Of a stretch of DNA of 64,000 bases, positions 59,344-64,000 are shown piece after piece. Position 1 is the stretch's first letter. Each line of letters begins with the position of its first letter. The position numbers and the translations under genes are program-made. The notes beneath the pieces are model-generated. The model searched no databases, had not been told where the DNA came from, and worked only from the letters and a program-made list of their open reading frames with translations. Where the stretch lies: the NCBI GenBank assembly GCA_011364965.1, contig RDOB01000004.1, positions 1 through 64,000 of the forward strand, read 5' to 3'. Source of the DNA: Candidatus Heimdallarchaeota archaeon. Its GTDB lineage: Archaea; Asgardarchaeota; Heimdallarchaeia; Hodarchaeales; Hodarchaeaceae.

Positions 59344-60045
59344 TTATTGGGCCTCAAGTCCTTGCATAAAGGTCATGATCTCTCCAGCAGACTTTGGATC
59401 TTCGTGTTGAATTCCGCAATTGGAACAAACCAGATAATTAATAACTTTAACTTTGTCCCAGTATTTGATTTGATACTGACCCTGCATTAATTTTCCCCCA
59501 CAATCGCATGCTCCTTGTGAAGATTCTGAAAAATCTCTTGATACTTCCCTTACTTGACCGACTACTTTTCTTAAATAGATATTTGGATTACCAATTTTAT
59601 GAACAGCTTCGGTATCAAATCTTACCTCTAGAAATGTTATTTCACTTAATCCGGTATATCGACCGAGAAAATCATTCATTAAAAGAGAGGGAGTTAATAT
59701 TCCATTTGTGGCAAAAATGAAGTGGAATTCAGGGATTTTCTCTGTTAACTTCTGTAAACTAGAATTTAATGCCATATCTCCACTGAAATGAGCAACAAGT
59801 TCTTCATATTGCATACATTTGATGAATGTTTTACGACTTTCTGGGTCTAATGTCAATATATCCGCGATTTCTCCGTTAATAAGCTCTAATAAAGGATTAA
59901 TGTCATTTCTTGATGAAAGGGGAGTACTTGTTCTTGATAACGAATGATGAGCTATTCTATGGCCATTTACTTTCAAATAATCTATTGTTGCAGTTAGATA
60001 GAAAAGACGGTGTCGATCTACTGCAGTTGGTCTTGAATCATACAT
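59344..60045 (-). CDS. Hypothetical protein with C-terminal YgiT/MqsA-like zinc finger
   Basis: CDCGG...VCSNCG at the C-terminus. Confidence 0.55.
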   Translation of the reverse strand: MYDSRPTAVDRHRLFYLTATIDYLKVNGHRIAHHSLSRTSTPLSSRNDINPLLELINGEIADILTLDPESRKTFIKCMQYEELVAHFSGDMALNSSLQKLTEKIPEFHFIFATNGILTPSLLMNDFLGRYTGLSEITFLEVRFDTEAVHKIGNPNIYLRKVVGQVREVSRDFSESSQGACDCGGKLMQGQYQIKYWDKVKVINYLVCSNCGIQHEDPKSAGEIMTFMQGLEAQ

Positions 60046-60175
60046 AATTATACCCTAACAGAATTCTCATATAAGAATCGAATCTTGGCTTTTTCAATAT
60101 TTGTTTATTAACAATATTAATATTTAGAATTAATCTAAAATTCTTATTCTCAAATCCTTTTTTATTTGGGTAATA

Positions 60176-61336
60176 TTGATGATCCTATCAGATACTTCGG
60201 AGAGGGGTTTGCTGGTTGGGAGAGAGACTGGACCTATCGCAGAAGTTATAAAAAGAAATTATCCAAAAATAAAATTAGGCTCAGTAGATATTCTAGGAAA
60301 TCTCGAAACACGGAAATACTCAGATTGGAGTTTTTCTGTTGAAAGACAAATCTCTAACCAACCCCTTCATCGAAAAAAACACCGATCATTATTGGATCTA
60401 ATAGAGGGACTAACAGCTATTATTATGGAGGAACATGATTTCGATTTCTTTCTCCCTCTAACATTAATGCAAAAAAATCCAGATTTGATTGTAAGATTAA
60501 CAAAGAAAATGAAAACAGAATTTATTCGCAGAGATTTACTTGAAATCAGCTCTTCTGGCTATTCTTTCCTAAAAAATATATTGAAAGTTATGCCTGAGTT
60601 ACTGGAATATCCTGAAAGCTTGCTTAACGCTAAGTCTCAGATTAATCAGCAAGTTGTAATTACTCCTCATCAAATGGACATTAAGAATAGTATTTTTATC
60701 AATGATAACCCACCTTCCAATTCCTTTATTCTACCATATGTCCCAGTCTATTGTATGGCGTTTATTCGGACGAATGAAATACTAAATTATATCGGAATGC
60801 AGAGAGTGGTTCCTCCTTTGAATAAAGAACTTTCTGTTAATGCCTTTGAAAAAAATGGACTAATTCCAGCAAATTCAGTTTCTGAGTCTAATATTGCCAG
60901 AACTAAGGAGGTTTTCCAGAAATTAATTAATGTATTGAATCTATTTGGAATAATTACTATATATTTTGGATTGCTAGACTCATTAATAGTTCCTTATAAA
61001 TGCAATTTGTTACCTGATGAAAATTTTGATCTCTGGAATGTCAAATCAAGCCATACACTTTGCAGATTCCTATTAACTAAAAATAAAGAAAAGATTTTGC
61101 CAGTACAATCTAATTATTATGCTTTTAAGTTGCCTATATACCTAGCTCAGTCTATAAAAGTCCCGAAAATTATGAGCTCAATCGCTACGCAAAGAAATAT
61201 CCCTGGTACTATTTCTATGCCAAAATACCCTCTATGTTCAATTTTTGGATATGCAAACACATTAAATGAAACTAAACAGATTCTGAGAGAAAAAAAACAA
61301 TTGATTTTAAAAAATTTAAACTTTAATATGATCTAG
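60176..61336 (+). CDS. Divergent ATP-grasp-fold protein (COG2232-like)
   Basis: N-terminal LVG...P.A...VD..G.L. and C-terminal IPGT....YPLCSI match this archaeal family; the central ATP-binding motifs look eroded. Confidence 0.5.
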   Translation: MMILSDTSERGLLVGRETGPIAEVIKRNYPKIKLGSVDILGNLETRKYSDWSFSVERQISNQPLHRKKHRSLLDLIEGLTAIIMEEHDFDFFLPLTLMQKNPDLIVRLTKKMKTEFIRRDLLEISSSGYSFLKNILKVMPELLEYPESLLNAKSQINQQVVITPHQMDIKNSIFINDNPPSNSFILPYVPVYCMAFIRTNEILNYIGMQRVVPPLNKELSVNAFEKNGLIPANSVSESNIARTKEVFQKLINVLNLFGIITIYFGLLDSLIVPYKCNLLPDENFDLWNVKSSHTLCRFLLTKNKEKILPVQSNYYAFKLPIYLAQSIKVPKIMSSIATQRNIPGTISMPKYPLCSIFGYANTLNETKQILREKKQLILKNLNFNMI

Positions 61337-61626
61337 TAATTAATTTCTTGCCGTTTTTTCTGTAATAGTTTAAATTTTGAGAGAGATTCCTCTTCTTCCC
61401 AACTTTTTTCCTTAATTTCCAGCATAGAGGGGGTATATAATCCTAGCTGTATCGCTCTTACCAGATCTCTCTCAGTTTGTTCTATTTTTTCAATAAAACG
61501 AGTGTAAATGCGAGAAACGTTATTTTCATGAGAAATACCGTATTTTTGAGCTAACTCAGCATTTTTTTGATGTTCTAAAGCTTTTCCTTTCGCTATTTCC
61601 CATTCGATTTGTTTTATAGGAGCCAT
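61333..61626 (-). CDS. Hypothetical helical protein
   Basis: 97-aa ORF with SD GAGGT upstream. Confidence 0.6.
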   Translation of the reverse strand: MAPIKQIEWEIAKGKALEHQKNAELAQKYGISHENNVSRIYTRFIEKIEQTERDLVRAIQLGLYTPSMLEIKEKSWEEEESLSKFKLLQKKRQEINY

Positions 61627-61948
61627 TATTGTACCTCAAAAAAGAGTAATTGGAACAAAAATCCTGAATTAAACTTGAATACGCCTTCTTTATATTACAT
61701 TTATCTTTTCATTTATATTTTCTAGTGTTTCTGCAAAAGGATGAGATATTCCAACTTCTTCCTAATCAAAATAACAAGGGAAATTTTCTTTATTTTCTCA
61801 ACAATGGTGAGTCTAGAATGATATTTCAGAATGGATCAAGAAACTGAACTTGAATCAACTTATTCTTTAGTAGAAAAGGCTAAAGGTGGTAGTGAGAATA
61901 TCCCAAGTTTTAATAACCTTGGTTTTTTAAGGCTACACAGGGATATAT

Positions 61949-62356
61949 GTGGTTGGCACTGATTCTATAGAAAATATAGCTCGCGAAAGTTTTCGCAAAT
62001 GCCCCCCTGAATTAGCTTTCCGTTTTTATGGGAGTAATGGCAAAATTATAGCCTCAACATCAAATTTATCTGAATTAATCTCAACTCTTCCCGAAATCCC
62101 TGCTACGATAGCCCAATTCCATGTCTATCGAGAAACTACGCAAGGTATCTTTGATGAACCAGCAGAACTAGACGGACCTGTTGTACGTTCGGATCTTGCG
62201 CTTTGGATCAATTATGTGCTGGGAGATATAGAGCTCTCCCGTTGTGTATATGAACTAGGTAAGGAATTTGCCAATAATCCCGAAGAATTAAAGCAGAAAG
62301 TCATCGAAGTTTTGAAAGAACGCGAACAAGAGCTAATCAGACTTATTAAAGCATAA
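61949..62356 (+). CDS. DUF5752-like protein
   Basis: F.FY......A.NL.EL...L..IP.....FH..R...DLA.WI..VLGD.EL pattern. Confidence 0.6.
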   Translation: MVGTDSIENIARESFRKCPPELAFRFYGSNGKIIASTSNLSELISTLPEIPATIAQFHVYRETTQGIFDEPAELDGPVVRSDLALWINYVLGDIELSRCVYELGKEFANNPEELKQKVIEVLKEREQELIRLIKA

Positions 62357-62487
62357 TGTGGACAATAGTGGAATGGAATTCCATTCCTTATCCATTTTGA
62401 ATAATTTTCAATAATTTTAATATTTAGCGATAATTAGCTATTATTAAACTGTAATTCCTTTTAATTCATTTAAGAGTCCGTGATATC

Positions 62488-63726
62488 ATGTTTATTAAAA
62501 AATACCTTCAACGAGACCCAAAGATTCAATTTACAAAGGCGCGTGAAGCATTCGATAGGGGCCAGTATGAAAAAGCGTCTAAAATGTATGAAAATGTTTA
62601 TTTAAAATTAGAAACGCTTGAAATGAGAATCATTTCTTTAGAAAATGCCGCAATTGCTGCAGAATTTGCAGAAAGATATGAACATTCACAATGGCTATAC
62701 CTTCAATTAATACTCTACAAGCTTGTAAATGGATATAAGACGACTAAGGAAATTCTAGGGGACTTAGATAAGGCAATTCAACTCACCAGATTCATACAAA
62801 AATCAGGGATTTCCGTAAATAAATTGAATTACATGAAATTCTTAATTTTTCTATCAGAGAAGCAGTTTGATAAGGTTTCTAATTTCTATGAACAAATCAA
62901 ATCTAATCCCGCAGATAAATATTCTAAAGCCATAGATGAAGCTTGGAATCTGATTTATTCTTATGAAACTTTCGAAGAGCAAGACCATCTTCCCCAATTA
63001 GACTTACCAGTAGAATTTGAGAGTATTTTTAGAGAAGCTGAAAAAGTAATGCAAAGATGTTCTCTTTGTGAAATCCACTTGTCTGTAGATGAAAATCAAA
63101 CTTTAGAAAAAGGAAGCAAATTTGAATTAGCATGCAAATTGACTGCTCATGCTCAAATCTCAATTCACGATATCAAATTAAAAACTGGAACACGAGGGCG
63201 CACGATTAGCAATACTCTACCTGATCTCCCATTGAAAATGAGTACTGGAGAGAATTATTCAATTATCTATATTTTAATCCCCAATCTTCCAGGCTCTTGG
63301 GAACTAGGTCCTTTGTCAGTAACTTATAATGTTCTTTCCGAGGAAGGCGAATACCCAACAGGATCTAAACCAATAGGTATTGATGTGAAAGAAGCTTCCC
63401 CCGAATTCAAAATTATCATGGAACCAGAAACTATAGAAGAAGATTTAGATTATATCATTAGGATTACCGCAGAAAATATCGGAAAGACCGTCCTCCAAGA
63501 TGTGAAAATTGTAATAGATACTCCTGAAACGGTTAAAATTACAGAAGGTACCAATGAAAAGTACTTAAGCACATTAGTTGAAGGAGAGAAATTTTCTTAT
63601 GAAATTAGAATTCAATTTGCTCTTGATAAAACCCATTTCGAGGGTAACATTATAAGAGTAAATGGCTACATTGGGGAAAATATTAGACTAGCTAAGACTT
63701 CCTTAAAAATTGGAGGAAAAAATTAA
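62488..63726 (+). CDS. TPR/alpha-solenoid plus two Ig-like beta-sandwich domains
   Basis: N-terminal TPR-like helices (A..AF..GQYEKA..MY); Ig-like L..GE.YS..Y.L.P..PG.WELGPL.VTY and I.AENIG...L.DV.I. Confidence 0.65.
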   Translation: MFIKKYLQRDPKIQFTKAREAFDRGQYEKASKMYENVYLKLETLEMRIISLENAAIAAEFAERYEHSQWLYLQLILYKLVNGYKTTKEILGDLDKAIQLTRFIQKSGISVNKLNYMKFLIFLSEKQFDKVSNFYEQIKSNPADKYSKAIDEAWNLIYSYETFEEQDHLPQLDLPVEFESIFREAEKVMQRCSLCEIHLSVDENQTLEKGSKFELACKLTAHAQISIHDIKLKTGTRGRTISNTLPDLPLKMSTGENYSIIYILIPNLPGSWELGPLSVTYNVLSEEGEYPTGSKPIGIDVKEASPEFKIIMEPETIEEDLDYIIRITAENIGKTVLQDVKIVIDTPETVKITEGTNEKYLSTLVEGEKFSYEIRIQFALDKTHFEGNIIRVNGYIGENIRLAKTSLKIGGKN

Positions 63727-63784
63727 AAATAATAAAAATTGCACTACGTAGTTAAAATTTGTCATGAAAAAATAGGCTTATAAT

Positions 63785-64000
63785 TTATTGGAATCGTCGG
63801 AGAGCCATCATTTCGCCTTTAAGACGGTTAGCATTTGCAGAATATAATGTTTGTCTCATATCCTTGAGACACGGGCGTCTCTCAACAAAATCATCATCCA
63901 ATAGCCTTTTCAAAGCGTATCTAACAGAACGGGTGGAACAAGAAACGCGTGTGACTATTTCCTTCGAACTCAGAGGTCCTTCTTCCACAATAACGTTGAA
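63785..64000 (-). CDS. Winged-HTH regulator (5'-truncated by window edge), paralogue of 30951..31253
   Basis: EGPLS..EI.......RSVRYALKRL......DMRQTLY; the frame is open to the window end. Confidence 0.8.
   Translation of the reverse strand, partial: FNVIVEEGPLSSKEIVTRVSCSTRSVRYALKRLLDDDFVERRPCLKDMRQTLYSANANRLKGEMMALRRFQ

Noticed and set aside
1-64000. CRISPR arrays, tRNAs, rRNAs, integrases or transposases
   Set aside because: None recognised on reading; a short or intron-split tRNA could have been missed without tRNAscan-SE.

Overview
AT-rich, densely coding archaeal chromosome segment. It contains several roadblock/LC7, longin and uDENN-like proteins, Arf-like and Rab-like small GTPases, a membrane-anchored RING protein and a Yip1-domain protein, alongside archaeal housekeeping genes (CDC48, PAC2, ribose-1,5-bisphosphate isomerase, Nre, EndoQ, MptA). 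That mix points to an Asgard archaeon; Heimdallarchaeia/Hodarchaeales is my guess, by inference only. I saw no tRNA, rRNA, CRISPR array or transposase. Two observations stand out. (1) The SRP (7S) RNA gene (~29509-29857) has a 43-nt insertion in its helix-8 loop. The insertion folds into a bulge-helix-bulge motif, and canonical cleavage and ligation regenerate the conserved GGAA tetraloop, so this looks like an intron-containing SRP RNA. (2) A minus-strand cluster (11228-18095) encodes a divergent tubulin/FtsZ-superfamily GTPase. It has a CetZ/FtsZ-like core plus a C-terminus matching eukaryotic tubulin helices H11-H12, and is tightly linked to a 1169-aa helical-repeat protein and other helical proteins. 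Other leads: a Yip1/roadblock-pair/Rab-like GTPase/pseudo-MinD-longin neighbourhood, a structured 5' leader on a small zinc-ribbon gene, a candidate riboflavin-pathway deaminase, and an uncalled 48-aa DUF2080-like gene. All family calls come from motif recognition by eye; no database searches were run.
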